Shown here piece by piece: positions 38,294 through 53,814 of a stretch of DNA of 64,000 nt. A program made the position numbers and the translations under genes. Below the pieces are notes generated by a model. That model ran no database searches and was not told the DNA's origin. It worked only from the letters and a program-made list of their open reading frames with translations. Numbering within the stretch: the first letter of the stretch is position 1; each line of letters starts with the position of its first letter. The DNA comes from Chlorokybus atmophyticus. Taxonomy: Eukaryota; Plantae; Mesostigma and Chlorokybus algae. The stretch is from positions 62,001 through 126,000 of the forward strand of contig RHPI01003116.1 in assembly GCA_009103225.1 (NCBI GenBank), in the 5' to 3' direction.

Positions 38294-41200
38294 GGTGAGG
38301 AGAGGTGATCAAGGGAGCCAAGGGGGGCTCCCTGCCCTCAACACGCGCGTCCCATCACTCCCGGGGGCCTGGACGCCCCGGAACGCCGATCCAACCGCCA
38401 ACCACACCCACACCGACAACGCCGCCGCCTCAAACCCTAGCCGAGTCAGCGGCTTGCCCTAATTTTAGGGCCGGTCGGAATATTTTTGCAGGAGACAGCC
38501 CGGTTAACTGTTTAACCGGCTCGGCGAAGCGTGCCTCAGCGAAAGCTCGCGGCGCAGCTCGGTTTAGGCTTTAACCGGTGCATTGCGGAAAATTCGTTGC
38601 ATGTCAGTGTGTGACGTGATGATAATACCAAAACTGTTTTTGTGATACCAATCAGCCGAAAGGGGACGGGTCAAAAATAAACTTGAATGGATTGCAGTGC
38701 AGTGGTGCTTGCCCTCATGCCTTGGCGTTATTAGAAATAAGTTATCAGCGCGGGGATACGACTGCCGCGTCCGTCACAGGGGCCGCGTCTTTCATAAGCA
38801 GCCCATACTGATTTAAGTTAACTACCAGCATGGCAATCCCTATGTATGGTACTGCACCAGGGTAGGGCAAGCTCTTTGGGAGAGGGGGCGGGGGGGAGGG
38901 CAGCTGGTCATTATTATATAAGGAATAGCAATAAGAACTAGATAAGGCAAGCAACATGCGCAATAGAACAAGGTAGCACACTAATTAAGCGCCTTAACTT
39001 ACATCACAACTTAATCAGCAAACATCATATTTCGCAATGCACTTGCATAATGGCTCCTTTGAGCTTTGCCGCACTGTTTGCGTCGTTCGCAACTTGCAGC
39101 CCTTATCTTTTTCTCGTATTTGGTTTATTGCATTGCTCGTATGCACACATGTTATGAGTGCAACAAGTAAAGCAGGTAAAGTTGAGAACTATGTCTTCTC
39201 GTTGCCTTACACCTCGTTTTGGTTGTAGCTATTAAGCTTACGTGTGCTGTGATGGTAGCTGTGTATACCATTATAGCATAAAGTGCAAGCGTAAATGTGG
39301 TTCCGACACACAAATAATTATGTTTACAACTTGAACAAGCTAACGTATACAGCTCATTTATGAACTCGAGCTCGAGTAAGATCTTAGCAAAACAAGCGCT
39401 GAAACATGATCATGGTCAAAGCGAGGCGAGCTTACTACAGCGCTTAACTTGATACCCTCACCTGATCACGCAAAGCCACAATGAGACAATTGCAACGGCC
39501 ATCATGACCGCTGATTGCAACAGCTAGTCTCTTATCAACTTTAAGGTTTGGCAACACACCTGTAAACTTTAAACTTTGTTGAACACATTGCGCTATGTAC
39601 TGTGTACACATGTCATAATATTTTCTGATTCACGATGTGTAAGTGGTCAACATGCATGTACATAATAACTATGCCACATATGGGCAATCATGCGGATGCG
39701 TTGCACATCAAGACCAAAGCTAGCAAGCAATAAATACAATATACACTTGTATATTGTATTATACCAATGAGCTGGCTGGAGGCCTAATGGACATGAGTGC
39801 AAGCAGCGGCAGCAGGGGCGGCATTGAGTGACTGACCACGACGACGACGACAACAAAGCACCTATATGCGCATGCACTGCTGCAATATGGCGCAATGCAC
39901 TGTACATGCATATACAGTTTTGCCTATGCATATTTACTTCTTGTATGTATGATATGTTAGGGGTACCCGCTTGGTATTGCTGTAATAGAGAGCAAGAAGT
40001 TAAGAGTGCTTGTGCACATACAGTCCATGTCAGCTTAGTGTCACTGTGCCTGTGTGTTATGTTGTAATGTGACTGACATGCACTGACATGCTAGCTGGTG
40101 TGTGACCATGTATAATGGGAATGGTGGTGGTGCGTATGCTGTTATGCAGTCAGATTATGCTGATATTCCATTACCAACATAGTTGGTAAGTTTTTATAGC
40201 CGTTTGTTTTAGTGCTGCACTTACCAACAACTCACAACCGAACAAGCAATGCCTGCAGCCATTGCTACAGCAACCACTGGCGGCCTTACCAACACATCTT
40301 CAAGACTATGCCGACTACTAAGCAGCCGCCATGACCGCCATTCTTACAAGCACAGCACTGCATAGCATCCCACGCCCATCGCACTTCGCTCTTGATGCTG
40401 CGGCCCTTCTGGTGGTTCTACGTCGGACTTCTGGTCTAACCTATGGCGCTTGGCCCTCAGGTCCAGCTGCTTGCTCTTACTGCTGTCTATTGGCCCCTTG
40501 CCCATTCTCATCCCACCTCCTTAGATGCACTTAAGCAGCATTCATGTAACTAGTTTCTACCCCTACCCGCTGGTAACTAAGAGTTGCTGTGTGTTGGCTT
40601 GTGTTGGAGGGCTAATTGTGCGTGTTGAACTTATTTAGGAGTGTACTTACCACATCAGTACTACTAGAAAGCCTATACAACCAAAACAGGATTACACATG
40701 CTACAGTGACACCTTGGCTACAGCTTATATCATCATCCAAGTCGAATATAGAGCATGACATGCTTACAGACACCCTGTACAGGAAGTACATGCGCAAGGC
40801 AGTTATGTGACAATGCAATTGAAGTGCTGCATGACAGTCATGAGTACACGCACTGGCACACGGCCCTCCCAAACTTATGCTCCAAGCAGCTTCATGTTCG
40901 GTGCTGCGTGAGCATGGGCGCAGGCATACTGCACTTCAGAGGCTGATGTACAGCAAATTCACTCATTTTCCATTGTGTGCCGCTATTATTCGAAAACCTT
41001 CTAAACTTCATACACTACTACCATTTGGGAAGAGTACCCATGGACATGCGGTATTACCATGGATGTGTAGAATTTAATTAATCACTGTACAAAGATGGTA
41101 TGCTGCATGCATGGGATGTGTCACTGTGTAATAAAGCAGTACATTTGTGTGTTAAGTAGGTAGCAACTTATGTCCACATTGCATGTACCACACGAGCCAG

Positions 41201-41539
41201 GCTACAGCAACGCATACTGGAGAAAGCATGCAAACAAAGGCAGCGAGCAGCGCAAAAGCATTGGCACTGTCCCTGCACACGTTATACCTAACAAGTAAAA
41301 GCAAGATGACAACTGCTAGCTCCCGCAATAGCGAGCAGAGGCGCATGTGACGCGAGATCATATGGGCGACAACTTCAGGGTGTTTTCCTCATGGGACCGC
41401 GCCTCACTTGTAACAGGTGCAACAACCGATACCTTACAAACTAAGCCCTCAAACCCTGCCAAGCTGCAACATAATGCGGTCAGCAGCAAGCAGGTTTCCT
41501 GGCATCCCGTTCAACCCAAACACAGCACACCTTCTCACC

Positions 41540-42895
<1,356 letters not shown>

Positions 42896-44868
42896 CTACC
42901 GCCGTCCCTGCCGCCGTTGCCGCAGCAAACTCCAACAACCCCGCACCGCGCAAAACCCTAGCAACGGTGGGGCAGCTGTCGAATACAGCACAGAGCAGCG
43001 AATGAGGCTGTCCGCCCTGGCTATGGCGTGCGAAGCTTGCGATATCTGCGGGCCCGCGGATTACCGATATCGCACATTTGGACGGCAGTCAACCTCGCAA
43101 CCAATCTTGGCCGCCTCCTGCGCCGTCCGATACGTAACTGTACAGCTGGACCGGCGGGCTCAAGGTCGTTGGGGAGACCGCTGCCCGCATAGCTTAACCA
43201 TGCTATTTTGACCGCTTAAAACGACGTCCGGTCTTACTTCAGCAGGCTGCTTGAGGTAGCAGAAGTGCCTGTCACTGGGCTTTGTAAGACCACTGGCTTT
43301 CAAATCGCGTCGTAGGGTAACTGTGCCGGGGTTAAATGACGCCAACCGACTTATGCCCAAACGGCAAGTGTCCCAATTACCGGTATACAGGTATGGCTAA
43401 TTGCATCATACCGGTAACTTACCGGCGGTAAGTCATGACTTGTAATTTGCAATACTTTACGACTCAGATGTCACCGCGAACAACACCCTTATGCCCAATA
43501 ACTTGTTCCAAACATGTGTTTAACTCTAGTCGACCACCACATCCTGAGCATTCAAGTGCATGCAATCTTGTATGATAATCAACGACATCACCAACTCTAA
43601 AGGAGTAAGCGAGAAGGAGAATGACTTATATAAAGGCGCGTTGAATACATGCAAGTATATCAATTATTATGATGTATCCATTTACACAACTCACCCAAAC
43701 AAACATTTGACATCTCAGCTTGATGTATATTGCTCAATGCACACATAGATAATGCGTGTCTTATGCCGTTACAATTATGTTAATCTTATGATATTTACGG
43801 TGTTGAGTTGATAAACATCCCTTATAATATCTCAAGCAAGAGTGCACCAATATGAATATGCATTAACTTTGCATTTAATGGCAATGATGTTGCAGTAATG
43901 CATTTACAAAGTATATTTGCGCTTACGCATGGCAAGCTTTGCAAGTACTTAAGCTATTACATTTGCAACCACGCATATCCGCCGATACTACGCATGTCGT
44001 CCTCTCATCTTACCCATGTTATGTTGAGCATTTCAAAAGGGCATGTATTACAACTTGAAGAAAAAGGCGCTAACATGTTGAGGTTCTCTGAAGACTTATA
44101 GTTATTCAGGCCCCAAAGAAGGGCCATCGTAACAACCCGCTCCTAATCCATGCAGCTCCACTCTGCCTTGTTGCTGCTTAAGGCTTTGTTGTCTTGTTGT
44201 CTTAGGTCAGTCTCAATGTCTTAGAGTTTAGGTGAATCTAGCTGTTGAGCTCCACCTTGGTCCCTCCATGATTTTGGCTGCCTTGTGCGTGTGTACAAAA
44301 GATGCATGTGTCTTTGGCATGTTGGCGCAGCAGATCTCGAGCTTGCTCACGCAGCTCTTATGTGAGTGATGTGAGGGCATGGTGTTTTATTGCAGATTCC
44401 TGCTGCTTGCATCACACGTCGTCAAGAACAGATCAGCGATAGGACAAATAGAAGTATAAGAAAAGAAACTTACCTGCGACCCCTAAAGCACATATATCGG
44501 CAATGAGGTGCAAAACCCTGCCTGGCTTTCTGGCTCCAATGTTATCTGGCTACAACTGACTGTAATCTACAATGCTCTGGTGGTGGGCGCAAATACCCTG
44601 TGCAGGCCGCAACCAACTCAAGTGCAGGCTGGCTCAGACCCGCAGCTCGCAGCTGCACAGGCAATGTACAGGTTGCCACGGGCAGCATAAATATGATCAA
44701 GCAGGACTGTGTGTCGATGAAGCAGTGGCCCATACACTACTAAGAATAGGCCACAAGGGGAGTACTTCAGCGCCCAACTGATGGTGGCAAGCTTGTGCCG
44801 GCTTCGCATGACACCTTGATGCGAGCAGCATGAGCAGTGCTATCAAGGAAGGGATGGCACAGGAAGCG

Positions 44869-47199
<2,331 letters not shown>

Positions 47200-48647
47200 G
47201 TCTACCGGCTATGAGAACCAGGCCGCAGTGTGGACCTGCGCAAAACCTCAGGTCAATCTTGATGAGCACCAACTTCGGCACAGCAGGACAATAGTCATAG
47301 CACATAGCTTGATAATGCTCTTCAGAGTACGCAGCGGGACTGGCTAACCCTGCCCTTTATCCTGATAACACCTGATACCTAGCCAAAGAGACAACGACTG
47401 GGCCCTAATGAATATATATGCTACAATATTGCCCTGCAGGACTTTATGCTGATTAAGGTACGCCTTGTCCATGGCAGCAGTCGACCATTGCAACACAGCT
47501 GCAGCTGTTAAACGTGTGTCGTGTGCCAAAGCAAGATCGCCATGTTGAGCAATGCTCCTACGACATTATTTGCAACAGCGAGCAACCCCGTAATCCAAGA
47601 TTACAGGGGATCGTCTGTAAACAGCGTGTCAAGCAGCTGCAAAATGCAGCAAACAAGCTTCACGCGAAAATGTTACCAAACACCAATGAAGCGTCTGTAT
47701 TGTGAGAGGATATACCTGGGCGGCGCCGCAATGAGCTCCAACCCGCCCATCCAATTCGGTCAACACGACATCGGGAGAGGGGAGGCGCCTGCCAAAGCAG
47801 GGGGAGGGAGAGGCAGACCAGGCAGACGACCCGCACCGCAACTACGCTGCGGCCACAACCGCCGCCTCCTGGATTGCGCAAGCCTGTGCGCTACTGCGAG
47901 CTGCAGGCAACCAGCCAGCAGTAAACCCTGGGGCTTACGCTCTACTGCAGCTGTCAAAGCAGCTTGCTTGTACAGCAATGAGGCAAAACAGACCAACCAC
48001 TCAGTCCACCACGACACGCACCCCCTCGCCTCTCCCGCCCCGCCTGCCGTCAACGCCGCCTCCAAGCAACCAGCTGCTGCAGGCAGCCAGAAGCAATTTT
48101 TGGCAGCCAGCAGCCAGCAGCGGCCTCCCCGCTGCTAACTTAACTGCTGCTAACTTGACTTAACCCTGAAACCGCGTCTGTACTTGCAGTTGACTTTTAA
48201 CCTTCCGGTTCTATAACCGACACGAACCGGTAGACTTGCACTAATGACCGGGCTGTGTTTGCACTATGCGCTGCCAAATTACCTGTGTTCTGTCCGATTC
48301 TACCAGTAACCAAGGTTGGTTAGAGGCACGGACAACGGTTCGCAAGTTTGACGGGGAAATGGCGTTAACCGAGAAACGGTTTTGCTGCGGCGTTGTTTTA
48401 CCAGGAGTGTGGCGTCATTAACAAGGTCTCTGTATGTTGGTTACACACCCATAATGTGCAGTGGCAAAACCTTTCGTTAAACGTCGCTGGGTTCAACGGC
48501 GGTCAACCGGGGAAGCCGTTAAGTACCGCAAGCTCGTATTCACGATACGCTAAGCGTGACGTGCGATACGAAGCGTCACTGACTAGGCGTAATGCGTTAC
48601 GGGACCGTGACTTTCCAAATTGAGCTGCTGAAGCCGGCAGCTGCTGC

Positions 48648-51600
48648 ATGCTGGAGGAGGCAGTGGCGGCGGCGGCGGCGGAGGCCAGGCGTTGGGTTCA
48701 TTAGGAGGCATGCTTCCAACCCAACCTGTGCTGTGACAGCTGGAAGTTGGTAAGACGCAATTGGTGCTCTGTGCTGTGGGGACCTAGCCAAGTGCTGCTC
48801 TGGTGCTCAGGTGCATGCTGAGCTGGTGTTGCTGGTGTACGCTGCAGTTGTCAATAGTGTTGTTCAAACCTCAATGTGCATGCATGAGTCTTGACTCTAT
48901 GCACTTGCAAGTTAAATGGCACAGCAACTGCGCTTATCACGTCATGCTTGCTGCATGCTTGCTGTTGACAGGTTGCACAGAGTGAGTTGACACACGTCAC
49001 TCGTGAGTACGCTCTCAAGGCCAACCAAGTGGTCTGTTAGCTGATGAAACACCTGTGCGGCAGCTGTTAGTCAATCGCTTAGCGGCGTGTTGTTCTTGCA
49101 ACCGGTTGTTCTGACAGCCTGTTGACAGCCAGAGCCAGGACCAGAAATAGCACAGCTTCCACACTCCAGCACACCGGTCGAGCCTCCTGCTCACCCCAGC
49201 AGAGACTGTCTGACAGGTCAGTGTTTGAATCTTTGACGCTTGACGAGCTCATGCAGCGCGTTGGCAACACTCGTATTCGCAACTCGTCGCAGATGCATGA
49301 ACCTGCTATGGTCACCTCGTGCCCATGCAGTAGCGGTGTTTATAGCACACATGCATGCGCGGTAGTGTCACATTGTACTGATCATGTATCAAAGTTAAAC
49401 CAAGGAGTTCTCCGATTCGCTGCAGGACGCATCGCCTGCCGTGGCATGATTTTGAAGCTGTTTCAAGTGACTGTGCGTTCCGGCCTCACAATGCAGTCTG
49501 CTCCACCTTTGTTTGACTCCATCACGATCGGCAAGGCAAGGAACACACCGTTGATGTGCTCCGGTTTGACCTTTCACTTGCAGCTCATGTAAGCAGAACA
49601 CTAACGGAAGAGCGTGTTGCTATTGCTTTTGTTGCAAGCAGGTTGCCATGGGAGCTTCCGTGTTCGCAGCAGCAGGACTCAGCAATGCTGGCGGCGTTGG
49701 CGGGGGTATCTTGTATGTGCCGTTGTACCTGCTGCTCCTCAACTTTACCGTCCCTGAAGCCTCGGCCAACGCTCAGCCCCTCATACTTGGCGGCGTCCTT
49801 GCATCCGTTGGGTGCGAACCGCTTGGTCAATGCACACTGAAGTTGTAGTTTGTGCATGCGCGTGTAAGGTGTCTCTGTTCAACTTCAGGTCACCAACATA
49901 ATAGCTGCTACTACTACTGCAGGGAACAGAGTGTTTCTGTCAAACCACAGTCCTCTTGCAGGGTCCTAAGCCCTCTCATGACACTTTGTGGTGGTGCAGG
50001 TACCATTTGCGACGCACGCACCCTTTGCGCAAGCATGCTCCACGGATCAACTGGGAACTGGCGTCTGTCTTCCTGCCTAGCTTCTTGGCAGGAACTACCC
50101 CAGGGGTGTTTCTATCTCAGGTACAGTTGTACATACACTGTCTTTTTGCTAGTATACAAGACAAGGACCTTACTTTGGTCAGTACCAGGCCATGCCAAAC
50201 TTCGTCACCTCCTGGTTGCTGGCGCTTGTCCTGGCGTTGCTCTTCCTGCAGTCAGTAATAGTCGGATCGCGCATGTGCCAACGCCAACTGACAGCCAGAA
50301 GGCATAAACTGCAGGGGACACCTGATGCCAGTGCTGAGTTCCGACAGAAGGTACTGGTTTTGTTGTGTATGGTCTTGTGTACCTGCAGCAACAGAGTGCG
50401 TTGCAACATGCGGCCCATGACCCAACGAGGGTGATGGGTTGCATTAAATATACGCTTTGAGGCCAAGGTTGCTGCATAGCACATTCAACATGAGAGCGGG
50501 TCACATGACGGGATGCAGCATAATCAAGTTCTTTGTTAACCACGTGATCAACTGCAGGTAGAGACATCAGCTCTTTGTCTAGTACAGTGGAGCGGTGCTC
50601 CTCTGCGCCATCTTGTGCACAACAAGAGTGCTACAATGCAGCATCCATGTGCAGTTGATCCCTATTATACGTCTTAAGCGGTATCTTGTACTGGAGTCTA
50701 AGCTCTTGTCTCTGCATATACAGATGCTGGATGGTGCGTTGCAAGCCTCCCTGTTGGCGGAATCCGGGCAAGAACGAGATGCACCTGCAAGCGCTGATGC
50801 AGTGAACTACGTTTCGGACGAAGACGCGGAGCCACAACACGTTGCCGGATTCGCCCCATGGCCAGGCTTGTTGAAGTACGTGGATCCTGCGCAGGTACAA
50901 CGGCATTGGTCAGAGTTGAAATCATCTGCAACACACCAGCACGCTTGATTATCATAGCAACATGCAGGCAGTCAATAGTTTCTTGAGATTGATACTAAGC
51001 GAACAATTCAACTGATGTATCTGTTTAACTGTACAGGGCATTGTCACGCTGAGACATGTCGTTGACATTGAGAGGCAGTTTTTCCCACCCCTGCCTATAG
51101 TGCTTCTCCTCACTTCTTGGGCTACAATATTCGTGTTCTCTTACGTTCGTGGCAGGTAAGACCTTGTACCGCTTGCATGCAGCAGAACATGTTGCTCTTG
51201 CACTCGATATGTGTGCTTTGCGCTATGAGCGAGCTGTGTCCTTGCACAGTGCGCGACGTGCTGGCATTGCTGGCATACAGGCGTGTAGCACGCCATTCTG
51301 GCTGCTGATTGCTGTGCAAGAGGTGAGCTACAATCCCCATGACAGCAAGAGGTTCTCATGTCTGTTACTTGTTGACTGTTGACACGCCGTACGATCCAAG
51401 ATGAGCCATGCAAGCAACTCACCGCTACATTTACTTCCACAGGTTCTGCTCTTTGGTCTTTGTGGGCTGTCTATTGCGCGTGCTGCACGATTCTCAAGGC
51501 TCAAGTATGCTCTGGGTTACTTGCGCTACGACCTTGTAATAACCGAATACCGCGATGTGCAATGGGAAGGAACGGACCTTCTCTTGTACCCGCTATATAC

Positions 51601-52295
51601 ATTCCTGGTTGGCGCAATGGCGGCCTTCTTGGGGCTTGGTAAGGACACATGAAGATCTGTTTACTACAGGACAGTGTGCTACTGCCAGTGCACACGCACG
51701 CGCATGTGTTTGTGATGTCATGTGGGCTAGCATCACAGGCACATGAAATGCACAATGTGCAAGTGTTTGGAGACCTCTGGGCAGTGTTGCGCAAATGATG
51801 TGTCATATCGTGGCACGGTAGCGTGTAAGTGCAAGTGATGTCCTGGCATGACATCATTTGCATACATGACATGCATGCTGGCTAAGCGTCCATCAAGTCC
51901 ACTTACAACGTATGCAATGGTGTGCAGGAGGCGCAACACTGCTGCTACCACTGCTACTTAACTACTCCAAGTTGGACCCAGTTGTTGTGTCCAGCACAAC
52001 AGCAGTGCTGAACTCCCTCGGTGCAGCTTCGTCAACATTCCAATTCTTCATAACGGGGGCGTTGCTGCCCGATTACGCTTTGGTTTATGGCGCGTGCACG
52101 TTCCTCGGCTCCTTCTTCGGGGTGTACGCTGTCATGTACATAGTGAACAAGTACGAGCTCAAGGCCCTCATTGTGTTGATTCTATCCGCAGTCTTCCTCA
52201 TCGCTCTCACGCTCGTCGTCAACATTGCCGCGGACGAAGCTAAGGCTGCCATACGGGCTCATGAAGGCATCATCATACGCAGCATCTGCCACTAA
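48648..52295 (+). CDS. Sulfite exporter TauE/SafE family membrane protein (5' end uncertain)
   Basis: GLSNAGGVGGGILYVPLYLLLLNF, RRTHPLRKHAPRINWELASVFLPSFLAGTTPGV, MPNFVTSWLLALVL, GAMAAFLGLGGATLLLPLLL, VVSSTTAVL and a C-terminal IIIRSICH* at 52293-52295. Confidence 0.87.
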
Positions 52296-52476
52296 TGTGG
52301 GAGTGAAGCTTGCTTTCAACTGTGAGACAGAGGGAATGGCATTCCCAACAGATTTCAACGGGTAAACAATGGTCGCAGTAGTGGGAACAACGTGGTTGGG
52401 TATGGAGCCTGCAGCTTAGCTGTCATACAGTAAGTTAAGTACATAACATTGAGTGTCGTTTATTGCGATTATAGCT

Positions 52477-52572
52477 GAGTGGGCTGACTTAGAGCTGAGC
52501 GTTTAGCTTGGTCGCCTGTTTTGTTCAGTCGTAGTCGAGTGGGCTGACTTAGAGCTGATTCATCAGCTTGGT
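52477..52572. repeat. Imperfect 60-bp tandem duplication downstream of TauE
   Basis: GAGTGGGCTGACTTAGAGCTGA at 52477-52498 and 52537-52558; AGCTTGGT at 52505 and 52565. Confidence 0.85.
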
Positions 52573-52643
52573 TGGCATTTTCGCTTTTCATTTAACGCGT
52601 ACTTCCAAGAAAAAACACTTTGGTTACCATTCTGCCATTGGCT

Positions 52644-53665
52644 TCAAAAGATTGCTGAGCTTGGCTTGCATATGCTGCTGTCAACTGCAGGTGATAATGG
52701 AACATACCTGCATGCATGGCTAACGGGGGTAGCCAAGTAGTAATAGTTTAGTGCGTTATAAGTACCTAGCCCGATGGCGAAATAGCACTGCTGCTGACTG
52801 TTTGCTTGCGGTATGTGCATGACAACATGCATGTCTCATGCTTATAACCCCATGCATGCGGTCTTATCAGCACTCCATCTTTTGTACACTGTCTGTTTTA
52901 GATGTGTGTACTCTAACTGTGGTCAGGTTGTTGGCTTACGGGTGCACAGAGCGAGTGCACCTGCTTGCTGTGAGATGAAGCTTGAAAACTGGGGCAGCAT
53001 CAGCAGCTAAGGTGCGTTATGCGGCGTTAGCTGTATGTTTATGCAAGGTACGACTAGATATACTCAGCATACACGAGAATCTGTACACGACCTATAACCA
53101 TAGAGATAAGACAAACTGTAACCTACATACATACAGACCCTGCGTTCGTGGCCGTGCGTGTGTCCGTGGACACATGCGAGCACGTGTGTTTTGTGTGTGC
53201 ACGTGCTGACTCCATCTGCACTGCACGCTACTGCAACTGTCCCCTAACGCACATGGCGTCAAATCTGAACATGCAGGCTTGGTGATTGCGATACTTTACC
53301 TGCAGCACGTGTTTGTTATGCAGCACAGTGAATGCGGACAAGCAATGTGGAAAAGCAGAAAGTGTGCAGTGGCAATGCATTGTCATGTGCATGAGTTACA
53401 GCATTTGGCGGGTATTGCTTCATGATGTCGTTCCAGACTGTTTGATTGGCAATCTCGGACTGGGCAAGTTCTCTTCTTCCATTTAGCACACATATCTGTG
53501 CGTGCATGGCTGCGTAGACATCTGTGTTGCAAGGAAACTTGTGCTGCTGCATACACACTGTACACTGCTCACCTGTGCACACTCAAGGTTGAGCTTCATG
53601 AGAAACAGTGGCCTCCCAAGGTCAGTCAGGGCCAGCACTACTTTGCTATGCCCAAGCAATCCCAT
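52644..53665 (-). CDS. Unidentified multi-exon ORF directly downstream of the GH13 gene
   Basis: ATG at 53665. Phase-0 exons MGLLGHSKVVLALTDLGRPLFLMKLNLECAQ|ICVLNGRRELAQSEIANQTVWNDIMKQYPPNA|VKYRNHQA with donors GTGAGC and GTAACT. Later exons (e.g. SAAVLFRHRAR|YVPLSPAVDSSICKPSSAIF*) are tentative. Confidence 0.5.
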
Positions 53666-53814
53666 GAACTACTCCACACAAATCCAATGTCCGCAACACA
53701 ACCATTGCGTGCCATAACTTGCACACCTACACGCATGGGTACTTCAATATCAGAGCCACAACAACTATCTACACATAGACACAGACACAACCAGAGACTA
53801 CCAACTACCTCACG

